Origin: Lingula anatina
Lineage: Eukaryota > Animalia > Brachiopoda
NCBI GenBank assembly: GCA_051362555.1
Contig: CM120646.1
Location: forward strand, 14,012,001 to 14,076,000
Reading direction: 5' to 3'
Length of the DNA stretch: 64,000 nt
Translations under genes and position numbers: made by a program
Notes under the pieces: model-generated
What the model was told of the DNA's origin: nothing
What the model saw: the letters and a program-made list of their open reading frames with translations, nothing else
Database searches by the model: none
In this document: in pieces, positions 47,449-60,693 of the stretch
How the letters are laid out: the number at the start of each line of letters is the position of its first letter
How positions within the stretch are numbered: the first letter of the stretch is position 1

Positions 47449-48348
47449 GACAGAGAGATAGACTTTATACCATTAAGTTTAATAAATTAGAATCCAAGTC
47501 ACATTCTGAATACAATTGCACAAACATATATTCTGTATACGACACCAATATTTATAACTGATAAGTTTCTTAATAAATAAAATTGTACATGTAAAATGTG
47601 ACACGAGATTCTAAAACATTCTGAGCAATATTTGTAAAGCGCTACATATAAAAAACGTGCCTGTATGTCACCACTAGAAAGTGCAACTCAAGGCAAAAAA
47701 TGAGAAGATAAATGTGTACAATTATGCTTAACCACCGATACTGCCCTGGTAACACATCAAAATAATGCAAATTGTATCACACAATTAAGAACATTTATCA
47801 CTTTTACTTAGTCCAAGTTCTTTTTTGAGGGAGCACCAGAACAAAAGCCATGAAGAACCATGGGTAAAAGTTGTTAGTCAAGAGGTGATCAAAGCAGAGT
47901 AACTATCCCACCTCTCCCAATAACTTCCCATTCCCCACAGGCAGTGATGTGGCACCATAATGTGCCGAAATGAGGTAAAATATTAGAAGCCATTCGTCAT
48001 AGCTTCAGCATATTTTAAAATGAGCAACAATTCTGAACTGTTTTCCAAGTGGTTCTTTTAAGTCTAAATCCCCTGGTCATAAATATAGACAAGGCAAACC
48101 ACGTTCTACTTGGTAGATCTGCACCACACCCATGAGCTATCACAGGACACCGACTCAATCTGGGGATATATAAAATGAAAAGAGGGCCTCTTCTGCCTTA
48201 ACCTAACCTCTGTCATGTGCTTTGCACATCAGTGGCTTACATGTAAGTATTGTGTGCCAGGTCAGATGCACTGATCGTTTTTTACATTTGATCAATTCAT
48301 ATTTTGATCTTCTGTTTTTTTAGGAGTCTTTCTTTTGAACCTTGCCCC

Positions 48349-51300
48349 CTATCTGCCAGGTCCATATGGGTTAGGTTCGTCCTCCTTCAAAGAGCCCAAA
48401 GTGTGGTTCACGACACGGTGATGTGCTTCATCTGCTCTGATGGCTAATATGACATCACGCATCATGGCATCTGGCTGGAATAGGAACAAGACAAGTGAAG
48501 CGAATAACCAAAGTGTTAACTTCTAAGGCATGTTTTCATGCAAGTTTTTCACTTTATGCTCATTTTTTCAAAAAATAAATAAATATAGTAATTTACTTTT
48601 TTTTAATCTCACTGACATATCACTTAATATTAACTTTAAATTAAAATCAAAAAGAAAAAAAAATAAAATAAATGGAGTGAAAAAAATACCCACCGGTAAT
48701 TGCCAGTAATCTTTTGCGATGGGTGGTGCAGGTGAATTTTTCCAAGGTAGAGAACCACTGTCTATGTCCTGAAACAAAACGGGAACAGTTACCTGCTTTG
48801 CTCATAACTAGAAAAATATACACCAAGTTTTACCTTTTTCTTTTGAGTACATATAGTGTATGCATCACAATTTATACAAAAAGATTGGTGTGGTGTAATA
48901 TAATTGTTATAAACCCATTTGTGTTGAGATGTGCTAATTGTGTTAGGTGTGATAGAGGTTTGAAGTTTTCTTGTGTTGAGATGTGGTAATTTGTGAGAAA
49001 TGAGACTTGCCATACCTGTAAACATTTTGTGTAAGTTTTCACAGCTTCTTCCTCCAGATATCCCACAAACCGATGGCAGAAATATGGACTGATTAGGTAG
49101 GACAAAAAGAACACATTCACAAAGACTCCTGAAATCAAAAATACCAGAAATCAAAGATACCGTATCTGAATAAATGCTGATCCAATCTTCACACAATTGA
49201 ATACATTACAGGGTCACACAATTCAGTCTTTTATTGAGGTTTTGGACTGGGGAAAGAGACACAAATTGAAGACTTTCTTAATGGTAATTTAATTTGTTAT
49301 TTTACTTTATTATTTTTTTTTTTGGCCCCCACACCCTTTCCAACAAAATGGAACCAACATTATTGCTGTACAACTTTAATGCAAATAACAGAGTAAGATC
49401 CTGTGGTTTTTAACAGGTGGACCCCATTCAAAATGAACAAGTTAACTATTTAAAAATTGTAAAAAATGTTCCTGATAGAAGAGGTTAGAAAAGTTTCTGA
49501 AAACTTACCTTGAGCTAAAAGGACACACCCTCTAAAAGCAAGTCCTGGTTTTCTTATCTGTAGAGCTGTCATAAGGTGCATTCTCTCATTCTCTGCCTCC
49601 TCTGTAATGAGAAATTATGATTAAATAAAGATTAAAAGTAACCCTCTGAGGCTTTGACAAAAGTAAAAAAATCAACCCGAAAATAATTAGAGGTCAACCA
49701 TAACATTTAGCACATGCCTGAAAACATCAACATGATATTGTCCACAAAAAAATAATAATAATAATAATAATAATGATAAATAAATAAATAAATAAAATTC
49801 TACCTTTGGACAAGAAAGAACATTATATGTATTGTTTTCAACCTACCTAATAGTGTGTGTATCCATCCATGATCTCGCTGCATCCTTCTCAAGGAATTCA
49901 GATGCCTCACCATAGCAGCCATCATGCCTGGTACCCCGGCAACAGTTTCCAGGAAAATAATACGTCGCAGCCACTGTTTCTCTGATCTCTTTCTCCAGTT
50001 GAAGCCAGAGAAAATGTCAAAGCTGTTTCGTAGAATTTTCACACTGTAAAATGCAGCCTGGAATAATAATAATAAAGAGCTTTACTGATAAATATATTTG
50101 GCTCCCAAATGTTAACTTTTGTTCAAAGTAAGTGATAACTTTCACTAAAACTTCAGTGAATATGAGTTGGTAAGAAAAGATATCAAAGTTCAAACGAAGT
50201 CCGTACCTTGTCTGTAAAATTCTCTGGCACCCTGTGTGTTATTTCCACTGAATTTAGCTCTTCCTCACTCCTGGAATTAAAATAATAGGGTTGATAAGAA
50301 AATCATCCATGTACATAATCAAGTAAGGGTTTTTGTTAATCAAAAACAGTTACACTAAGGTTAAATATTGTTCACAGGGTTCCAAAAATACCCTTATCTT
50401 CATGTAATTCATACCATTTACATTTTGACCTTTCAAGATCTTCACGAGCAGCAGCTGTTTTGTCAGCATGACAATGCGAAAAATAAATTAACACATAGTT
50501 CCTAGTATTAAGACAGTGTTGGTTAACCAATAAATAAAGGGTTAGACCCTTGACCAATAATTACCAACATCTATAATTACATGCAACTACTAGTATGTAC
50601 ATACCATATAGGGTGAGGTAATATATAAGCTCCATTGTCTTTGCCTTGTTTTTGTGCCTTACTTGATCTACAATGAAACAAATGTTTCAAAGTGAGTATA
50701 AATTCCAGTGGCCCATAGTTAATTTATAAAAATATAAAAGGAAAATTAAATGAATAGGATCTCTTCTTCTCTGAATTAAATATTTGGCAAATTGACAGGA
50801 TTTACAATGTTAAATACTAGTTATCCAACATGCATATATTTAGTTACTAATTTTGTTAAGCTATTACCTGAAGTGATCTATGCTTTGCAACTGTGGGACC
50901 TCGTTTATTTTGTTTGTTTTGTTTATTTTGTTCTCAGCCTCTTTTGCGTAGTTTTCCTTCACCTGTGAGTTGTATGCCTGGGTGGAGTTCAATCTTTTGG
51001 GAAATTGCTGTAATTAATATGTCATTTACTATATAAGTAAAAAAAAAATACAAAAAGAATACCTTACATGACGAATTTAATGGTAAAACATTAATGTGGA
51101 GGAAAAAAGAAATGTATATATTTGTAAAAGAATATCAAAAAAAATTATCTGTTTAGTATTTTCTTTGAGATCAAATTCTAGCTTTACATACAAATAAATC
51201 TTTTACCAAAGGTAAGTTTAAATAATGAGAAAAAAATTGTGGATACATTAGGTTGTTGTCCTCCGCGTTTTAATAATGCATATGACATAAGTGAAACGTT

Positions 51301-54300
51301 ATCCAGATGATTATGTAATTATCATGTTATATCATTAAGTAGATTTATTATGATCATCTTGGCAATGACGTCAGCCTACAATTTCATTATCGCAAAGTCA
51401 ATACTGGTACAAACGCCATAAGATCGATACGTTTGCACTGCCTTACACAACGGGAGAATAAACCATAATTTATGTTACTTCGGAAAGCATTTACTTGCCA
51501 GAGATGGTGTAATATAAAATGTCACTATTTTTTGATTTCACATCAATTTTTACGTCCGTTTTCATTATTACTCAGTAGTCATATCCGTTTTCCGGAGTCA
51601 TGTGTCTACGGCGCCGTATATGACGCACAGGTGAAATATTCTGATACCGGATAGAGGAATTAAACTACCTAAAGCTCAACAGTCTAACCTGTCGTCCATC
51701 CGGGTCAGCGCGTCCGAACGTATAGCATGCAGACGGACGTCATAACATGTTTATCAGGAATCTGCAGCCGACAATTATTATCGCTATTATTCTATAACCA
51801 AAACTGACCCATGTGTGTACATTAACAACCCTAAAGGCTTAACACGCATACTTTGCAATCTGAATAAAATAACACAAGATCCTACACGTACGTATAAGCT
51901 ACAGATTACTGCCCAGATAGCAAGATGACGTTGGGCCAACGTCGGCACCGTTGGCACTTGGTCGGCATTGGCATGCCGCCATCGGGCCAACGTTGGGCCA
52001 ACGTTGGCACTGTTGACGTTGGCCTGCCGTCGTTGGGCCAACATCGGGCCAACGTCCTTTTTTTGACGTTGATCCGATGTAGGGCCAACGTTGGGCCAAT
52101 GTAGGACCAACATCATTTTTTGTCGTTGATCCAATGTAGGGCCAACGTCATTTTTTAAGCATTAAACTTATGTTGGACCAGTCTTTTTTAATTTCATGTC
52201 AAACCGCCATCAAGCCAATATATGATGTCATTTTTTTATTTATTTTTATCATTTTTATTTTTATTTTTTATTTTTTATTTATTTTTTTTTTTTTGTTGAC
52301 CAGTGAGCTGAATGCATTGAACTAACATCATTTGATCAATTTTGATTTAATTTATCTCAATCTCTTTCTCTCTTTTTTTCAAAATCCCCTCATTAATCCA
52401 CTATTTGTTTAATTTGACTTGACATTTGAATGAACTGTTAATTTGTTAGAGCTACTCGTTCCGCTTTTTTAAAATTCCGCCTTTTATGATAAGCCGGTCA
52501 AGGACCCGGATGTAGCGTTTCTTAGAGTTATGGATATGAAAAAAGCACAAGCGTATCAAACCAATACAATTCGTCGAGTGATTTGATTCGTGATGCGATT
52601 TAATTCGAAGACATCAACACTGGCGACGAGGATTAACTCTAGTGCAAAACTGTGAGCCAACTTTCTTTGAGAAAATGGAGGAAAAATGTGAAATTACGAA
52701 ATTCGAACCGTACAGAAGTCCGGAGCGGGAGACATTAGGGCCACGCTGGACGCGCTGGCTTTACAGTTTTAAACTCTTCGCTGACGGAAAAGGATTGATC
52801 GTTTCAGAACCAACGGACGGAATGAATAATGAACAAAGACAGAAAATTAAAAATACATGTCAGAGGAGACGCGCGCTTATGTTGCATTCAGCAGGGACAG
52901 GTGTACTGTACAAGATATTTTCAGGACTCTCTCAAACACTGTTACACAGGTGAGAAACATGAATAACGCTTTAAATGAAAGTGGAACACCAGAAACTGTG
53001 AGTATGGTGAAACCGAAGTCATTTAACAAACCAACTCAGTCTAAACACCACGAGTTCAGACATGAAAAACGAAGTAGAAACCCCCCGACTGAGAAAACAT
53101 GGAACGTTGGATCACTTTGCAAAAGTCTGCAAAACTGAAACTATTGTTCATGTAAATGACAGTTATGAACATGATAATCCAGGGGTGCATATACATTTGG
53201 TGTGGGAACCAATGCAATATACACAGACATGCCAAATATGGTGGAAATAGAGATAGGCGGCGTTGATCTCAGTGTATTACCAGATTCAGGTGCATATTTT
53301 AATATCATTGATGAAAATACATGGGGAATGCTGAAATAAAAAAAAAATAAATAAAATAAAAGAAAAAAAAATAATAATAAAAATGAAAATAAGAAAAATA
53401 AATGTGGCTCAGGCTCTTGTGGAGGACCACAAAACAAACAGTATTATTCATACACGTCTGAGAAATCTTTAAAAGTGAAGGGAACATTTGAATGTGACAT
53501 ATAGGCAGGTAAAGGAAGAGACCATGTGGAATTTGTAGTAGTGAAAGGACATGGGGTTTGATATGAGTTGATTAGATTTGAGAATTTTCAGTGTGGTTAA
53601 AAGAATTATAGTTGGAGGTCATATGTTATTCTGCAAATGTTTGAAAAGACAATTTAAAGAGTGAACTGTCAATTAGCATATTTTTGAAAGGACCGTTTCT
53701 CTCCAAGAAAGGAAGGGATGTTGTGTTTTGACTTGACATTTGAATAAACTGTTGTTAACTTAATAGAGTTACTTGTTCCATTGTTAAATCCTTTAATTAT
53801 TATTAGCTTGTCAAGGAGCCGGATGTATCATTTCTTAGTGTTATGAATATGAAAAAAGCACAAGCGTTGCAAACTGGTTCAATTCATTGAGTGATTTGAA
53901 TTGTGATGTAATTTAATTCAAAAGCATCAACAATATACTGGGGTTTGTCTTTGTGCACATGTAATTCTCTTTTTATTGTACATCTATATCTATGCTAGGG
54001 TATACATAATTCTTTTTCAGTTTATATGTATGTACCCAGCATGCAAGTTGAATACATTGAAACAGTTACTGCATGGTTATTTATAATTTTATTATAACTC
54101 TCCATCATCTAAAAAACAAAGTTTTTTTTTCATTCATTATTCAAGATTTATTCATTACAGAACTACAGTGATTTGTGATTATGATTATTAATGATGTTTG
54201 AATTAGTTTAAAAATGACAATGTATAATATTATTTAGGTTAAAGTGTGCAAAAATATTTTTCCTCCTTGAACCCATTGTACATGCAGAATTAATTACAAT

Positions 54301-55403
54301 TTTGGTATTTTTGTGTTAGTTCAGATTCGATGAGCAGCTTTGTTTTGTAAAAAAAATGTATATAAGTGACATTTGCCCCTGTTTAGTGTCTGAATATTTG
54401 CCCTTTTGCAGTGTTGTTATTTTAAACTTACATTGTTTTGTACAAAAAGACAAGTTTCTTTTTTATTAAATGTATTGACACTGTATTTACTGTTGATTTG
54501 GTCACACACACACACACAGACACACATATAATTTTAACATAATTGAACAGATTTTAACTTTAACTAAAAATGAAGCCATAAATAAAGTGATTCAGGCCTT
54601 TTAAAACTGAAAACATCCTGTAGAACTTAATGTATAGGGTTAATATAAGGTTCATTCATATATAACTTTTATGTAACTAATTAAATATTCAGTTAATATA
54701 ATTTTCAGACTTTATCTAAAGTAGGAATTTTCAGCGATGAAATTTGGCCATGAAATCACCACTATGATATAATAAAGAATATATTTGTGTTGGAGACAGA
54801 CAAAGTGTTGTTGTTTTTACTTATAATTTCGTTAAGTCAATTAATCACTTACTTTGGAACAAAAAAAAAAAAGGTAATTTTGGGCCTACGTAGGGCCAAT
54901 AAGCTGGATGGCATAATTACATTGGGCCAACATCGTACCAACGTCATAACCCTGATGCTGGGCCACCATCGGGCCAACCATTACCCACCATCGGGCCAAC
55001 GTCGGCCCACCATCGGGCCAACGTCAGCTGGTCGGCAAAACGACGTTGGGCCGACGTCGGGCCAACAGATGGCCGATGAGCACGGACGTCGGCCCGACGC
55101 CGGCACCGTCGCTGGCCCGACGTCGGCCCAGTGTACTGGTCGGCCTTACGACGTTGGCCTGACGTCGTAAGGCCAACCATGCCGACGTTGGCCCAGCGTC
55201 GGGCCAACGCCTTCTTGCTATCTGGGTGGTAGTTACAAAGTCAGAAATTAAAAGCACTGCAAATCACTTACCAATGCCCAAGTTCTCGTCACTGCCGTCT
55301 TCACTGCGCTAACGCCGATATCAGCACCATGATGAGTGAGTTTAGACATCACCCCCGGCTGACTGAGACCGTGATACATAAGTCTTAATCCAGCTACGGC
55401 CAT
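48349..55403 (-). CDS. AOX: Mitochondrial alternative oxidase (ubiquinol oxidase, di-iron)
   Basis: Exons approx 55272-55403 (putative presequence), 50868-51007, 50605-50667, 50207-50270, 49847-50057 ([11 protein letters not shown]), 49509-49601 ([10 protein letters not shown]), 49016-49128 ([11 protein letters not shown]), 48694-48768, 48349-48474 ([16 protein letters not shown]). All four iron-ligand motifs are present, plus a C-terminal NPYxPG motif of the animal AOX type. Confidence 0.93.
51912..55226. mobile_element. Non-autonomous CACTA/EnSpm-like DNA transposon in AOX intron 1
   Basis: 14-bp TIR CCCAGATAGCAAGA / TCTTGCTATCTGGG, 2-bp TG duplication on both flanks, and subterminal arrays of GTTGGGCCAAC-type motifs at 51925-52150 and 54880-55210. 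No transposase ORF. Confidence 0.8.
52406..53932 (+). mobile_element. Degenerate, internally deleted Ty3/Gypsy LTR retrotransposon nested in the DNA transposon
   Basis: LTRs ~52406-52619 and 53719-53932 (TGTT..CAACA), PBS TGGCGACGAG at 52621, PPT AAGAAAGGAAGGGA before the 3' LTR. Remnants: gag N-terminus ([27 protein letters not shown]), zinc knuckle (DHFAKVCK), protease ([11 protein letters not shown], ~53270). No RT or integrase recognisable. Confidence 0.8.
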
Positions 55404-55599
55404 TCCGTTTGCTTATTTTTCACTATTAAAAAAGTATAATCTTGCAATTAAAATATTAATTAAACTTTTCTTCCAACTGATCGACCAATATCCTTCTAGT
55501 TGTATAGTCACTCTTCAAACTAGTCGTCCCGATTTCTTCTCAATAAATGGCTTGTGTAACACCGCTGACGAAACATATAAACGAGCTTGCCGCTTTTCA

Positions 55600-55760
55600 G
55601 AGAAAACGTAAGCACGTTTCCGCAACCAGACATACTAAAAATAGCATGTCAGTGGGGAAATCCATCTTATTGCGCGTGCGCAGTTGCGTAATGTCCGACA
55701 AGGTCACCTTGAAAACAAAAGTGAAGGTCGACGTGACCAACGTCACGGACCCACATTTGG
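55600..55760 (-). promoter_or_regulatory. AOX promoter with NRF1-like and ERR-like sites
   Basis: CpG-rich patch upstream of AOX exon 1 with TGCGCGTGCGCA (55671-55682), CAAGGTCACCTTG (55699-55711) and TTGCGTAAT (~55684). Confidence 0.45.
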
Positions 55761-57432
55761 ACACACTATATGGCCTACCTGTCAGGACTTGTCACGATCT
55801 GTACATTACACATGCGCGATACGGCTGAAAATTCTCGTTTCAAGTTTATGAATGGCATTAACAGAGTGACTCCAGTTCAATTACCGGTGTGTGTGCATGT
55901 TGGATGGTGTGTGTGTGTGTGTGTGTGTTGGGGGGGTGCTGCGTCTACCCAAACTTTTACTTTCTAAGCATGCTTAGAAAGTAAAAGGGTCTGTGAGTGT
56001 CAGCTAGAACACCAAAATATGGAAAACATTTTCTTAATAATGGAAATTCTCTCCTCTCCCAACACCCCTTCTTGGTCACCTCTAGTAAAACTAATAAAAG
56101 AACTCAGATTGCCTGGATTTTGTTTAATTCTTTGAAGCACCCTTTTATCAATTAAAAAATCTTTTTCTAGTAAAATATCTTTATTATGAACATCTAAATA
56201 CAAGACATCACTGAATACAGTACATTGATTATGGCAACAAGACTATAGTATTCTGTGGATGACATTTAAATGTAATAATGAATGATGAATCAATTACCAT
56301 ATTAATTCATGCCACAAGCAAATGCTAGGTCTAATTCCAACATCATGTCTTTTTCACAAACCTTACGGTATAAAATACATGATGCTAGCCTACCAGATAT
56401 ACATAAAAATTTTAAGTCTCAAATAATCCTGATATAATTTAGTTTTTTGTCTAGGTTATATATATTTACATAGGGTATATATACACAAAGAAGTCTAAAT
56501 CGATGTCAGTTTACCAATGAAACCAACACTATGATGGAAGGATATTTGAGGAGTTTTAAAAAACCAATCTGCACCCCTCCCCCTTTTGAAAGTTTGTACC
56601 ACTAAAATTTACCACCTGTGAAAGACTATTTACTAATGACCAATCAATCAATTCATCAATCATGACTTAGATTTTTCTATAAGTCAATCTATAATCCATC
56701 ATCTGGACTTGGCCTTCCCTTGCTGAGTATATTTTGTTAGAGCTGAACAAACGTACATCATTATTTACATACATAATTTTTTAAAATCACAGAGTAAGTT
56801 TATCTATCATTATTCTTCACCGACATCATTCTACACGATTTCTGAAGTCGGTAAAATACCCATCTCTTACCTACTGACCAAATTCTACAGTGCATTACTT
56901 TCAGTTGTAAGAGATAACTGACATGCAACCAGATGAACATATGTAAGTGCTCGAGTAGTTTGTCACTTCATATCACATGTTTCAGACAAAACTATATCCT
57001 GTTGATATGTTAACATAATTTTTCATATTGAACAGTTAGTGTAAATTCCACAGATGAAAACACAGTTATTGAAGTCTCTTTTATTTTTACTGGGCCCTTA
57101 AGTACACATAATTTGACTCTGTCCGACATGCCAAATGGCTGCTCAAAAGGGTACAGCATATGAAATGCCAATAATACAGAATAAGTTATAGGATGACATA
57201 ACCATCAAACACTGTACCTCAGAACATCCAGTATTACTGCAGATGAGAAATATCTCCATATCAAAGAGATTTCAAGTTTTTTTTTTTTTTTTTTTTTTTT
57301 TTGTAAAATGCACCAATTCCTATCTTTTCCTCATAAAAAAATAAAATACAAAAGCTAACCAATAGCCAAAACTGAATTCACTGTCCCTCTCCTCTTCTTT
57401 GTCTTTTCACTCCTCATGCCTATAAATATCTG

Positions 57433-59678
57433 TTACCAAACTGTGTAGCCCCCATCAGAGCCCCCTGAAAACCAGTTTCCTTCCCTTTGAGTAACAATCA
57501 CATTTTGTCCTTGAATAGCTCCCATTTGGGCAGCATTTGGGGCACAGCCAGGAGGTGGTGGCTAAAATAAGAGAGGAAAAAAGTGCATATCAAAAAATCG
57601 TGAATATTCAATCAAATCTAATCCACCTGGCCTTAAAAAGTTTGAAGCATATCAGTTGCCTCATTTGATATATATAGATCATTAATGCCAGACAAGTTTC
57701 CATATTAAGTAATATGGACAAAGTAAAATTTACTTTTCTATAGCTTAAAATTTCCCATTTTATTTTAAGTAAACCAAAACAAAAGGTCTCATGAACATTA
57801 TTTAAACATTCTTGAAAGTAAAAGAATCCAAATAAGTTTTAAAATAAGTCCTGTCAAAACAACCTAAAAACCTAACGCAAACTTTACATCGTACAAATGA
57901 TATCAGAACACCAAGGAGTGGTCTAATTTTGAGATTCAGAAAACAAGACTTACTGGGATGTTAGCAGTTGTCCCAGGCCCAAACCTAGCACCAGGATCAA
58001 AGCCACCTTGGACTACCATAGTTTGTCCCATAGATGCTGGTGGTTGGTAAATGGGCTGCTGGCCATGGGCAGGCTGGTAATATTGAGGCTGGTACTGAGC
58101 TGGTTGGCCTTGACCTTGAGGCTGGTATTGAGGTGGTTGACCTTGACCTTGCACTGCATGACCTGGTGGGGGTGCCTGAGTAAAGTGGTAGTAAGGTTTT
58201 AGTAAGATCAGATTTTGTAACAGAAAAATGGGCATTTATTTGTAAAAAAAAAAGAAGTCTCAAAAATGTTTAATCTGTTAAATCTGAGAAAAAGTTTAAA
58301 CTTGGTGATTCCTGACTGTGAATTTCAATCAAACGCAGATAAACACACTCATGCAATATGGAATAATTTTTAAATTTACCTAATAGACCTAGTTAAAATT
58401 TACCAACAATATAATAATCATAATTTACACTTACTGCTGTGTATGGTGGTGGGGCACCTCCAACTGCACCTGAAACAATCAATTACTATTTTAGAATTCA
58501 CGAACTAGTACTTACAAAACGGCTTATAAAGTTTATGTGTGTCTTAATGAAACTGGAACTGTTAGCTTAACTAGTAAAATGTTTTCTAATAGGCTAGAAA
58601 AGCAAGCCTACGTACATATAACAGATAATGTCCAAATCAAACTGATCTTGCCAGGGCTTGACACTAACTTTTTTCGACACTGGCCCAAGATATCGGTAAA
58701 TATTGCAAGGATGATTTGGCACATGATATTTTACTTGCACTTTGGGCCAGTGACCCCATCGATTCAATGGCCCTAGGTTGGTTTTCACTGGCCCAGGGCC
58801 AGTGGGCCACATTTAATGTCAAGCCCTGCTTGCTGTCATAATTCAAATATGGTTATATAGTTACAAGGAAACCAACAACAGTCATCGTTAAAAAATTGAC
58901 ACATTCAAGCATTTTCATTCAGGCCAATCTGTTTTTTCATTTCTCTACCTTGTTGTTGGTATGTTGGGTTATAGGAGGGCTGTGTTGGATAACTCTGTGT
59001 GGGATAAGCTGGCTGTGTTGGGTAGCCTAAAAACAAAAAACAACAATTAACACTTGATATTTAGTAATAAATAACTCTGTTTGAATCAAAGCAGGGAATT
59101 ATAGCGCAGTGTACCACATAATTCCTTGACCACGGTAAAAGATAAGCTGAAGAACAACAACTTGTACCTTGTATCTCAAAGAAAGCAGGAAGTGCAAAAT
59201 TTCTCTTTCTTCAAATAGGTAATTAAACTCACTTCACACAATGATTGTTTAATTTACATCCATGTAGTGACAGACAACCTGAGAGTGAAGTACATTTATT
59301 CACGTATATTAAATAAAATTTTCATATCTAGTAACTGAGAGCTGTTAAATTTAAACCTTCACCAGACCCATATTAATTATTATGATCAAGGAATTTTTTA
59401 CTGACTAGAATGTTTAAATGGCGCTATAAATTCACACTATAAAAACTAGCATGTACGAATATGCTTTGCTTGGAAGTTCTTAGGCATGAAAAACATAAAA
59501 TCTTCATGAGATTAGAAGACAAAACTGTAGGAATTTGGACAAGAAATGAAGAATGTCAAGACCAAAGTTCAATTATGAGTATGGTTGTGAAGTCAATTGT
59601 TTCCAACAAGTGCACTAAAAGTTTACCTTGAGGCGGAGATTTTTTCTCGTTGTCTTTCTTCTTTCCGAAAAGTGGCAT
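57433..59678 (-). CDS. DAZAP2: DAZ-associated protein 2
   Basis: Exons 59627-59678, ~58950-59026, ~58435-58469 (PPPY), ~57954-58175 (GGFDPGARFG..ANIP), 57433-57561 (PPPPGCAPNAAQ..NVIVTQREGNWFSGGSDGGYTVW*). The C-terminus matches the DAZAP2 pattern. Confidence 0.9.
58652..58828. mobile_element. hAT-type MITE with 5-bp TSD
   Basis: TIR CAGGGCTTGACA / TGTCAAGCCCTG, with CTTGC duplicated on both flanks (58647-58651, 58829-58833). Internal CACTGGCCCA repeats. Confidence 0.75.
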
Positions 59679-59930
59679 CTTCTTTTCACTCTGGCACAGG
59701 TGGATATGACAAAATAGAGAAAGTGCGTGTACTTATGTACGTTTTGGTTGCGAAATATCTGCACAAGTAAATAACTGGAGTTTGTGAGTCATCAATGTTT
59801 GGGTATGACGTCATAGAATGTTGTATTCCCGTTTGTGATCTCGTTCGATAAGAAACGGCGAGAATTCCTTAGTCCATTGATACCGTTGAGCTAAAGGGTT
59901 ATTTTCACTAAAACTACACTGTACGAGGTA
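59679..59930. promoter_or_regulatory. Bidirectional promoter DAZAP2/CUL1
   Basis: Palindromic CRE TATGACGTCATA (~59804-59815) and AP-1-like TGAGTCA (~59785). Probable CUL1 non-coding first exon ends ~59927, with an acceptor at 60575. Confidence 0.5.
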
Positions 59931-60693
59931 TATCTGTACAGGTCAATTTGTTGATTGAGAGTCAAGGTATGTTCATACCAAAGATTATTACAGGTAATCT
60001 AAGGTGTTTTCCGCAAACGTCGTATTTATACTGTAATTGAATACCATGTCTGGGTCCGCCATTTTGTAAATGTTTTCACACCGTTGCAGTGATTCAGCTT
60101 TCGAAAAAGGAAATGAAACAGTTTCTTTTGTTTTTTTTTATTTGAAAAAGATAATATGGTTCATCGCTGCATACAATTACATTGAAGGTAATGTGTGACT
60201 ATGTGATTAGCTTGTCTGTGAGCACTCTTTGTAATCTGGATGGGGTGGTTTTTATTTTCTGACAACCAAGTTCTTGTTTTAGAAGATATAGCCTTGAAAA
60301 CATTGAGAAAAGTTTATTAAAAACAGGTTGTCTGTACTAAGTGACTTTGGTTTGTTTCATTTTTCATTGTAGATTCATTTTGTAATTGTGTATATGACGT
60401 GAAATATCATGGTGAACAAGTCATAAATGATATATTTTAATATTATATTCCCTTTTTATATTTAATAGAAATTGTGCCATTCTGCCATTTAGGTACTTTA
60501 TTCCATTGAAAGAAATATTGACAGTCAGTTGTACACAGATCTGTTTTTAACTAATGACTATTTTTGTGTTTTCAGATGAAGTGTGTGCACTGACAGCATT
60601 ACCTAATAAAGAGTAGAGAAGTTTTAGTGATATATCAAAGTGAGCAGAAGTTAAAACAGCTGTTCACTGGTTTTCTTGTGATAAAAAAGAAAA

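Noticed and set aside
51787-52134. Overlapping ORFs and short repeats resembling a CRISPR-like array (also 54787-55257)
   Set aside because: These are subterminal repeats of the CACTA-like transposon. Spacing is irregular, there are no unique spacers or cas genes, and the context is eukaryotic.
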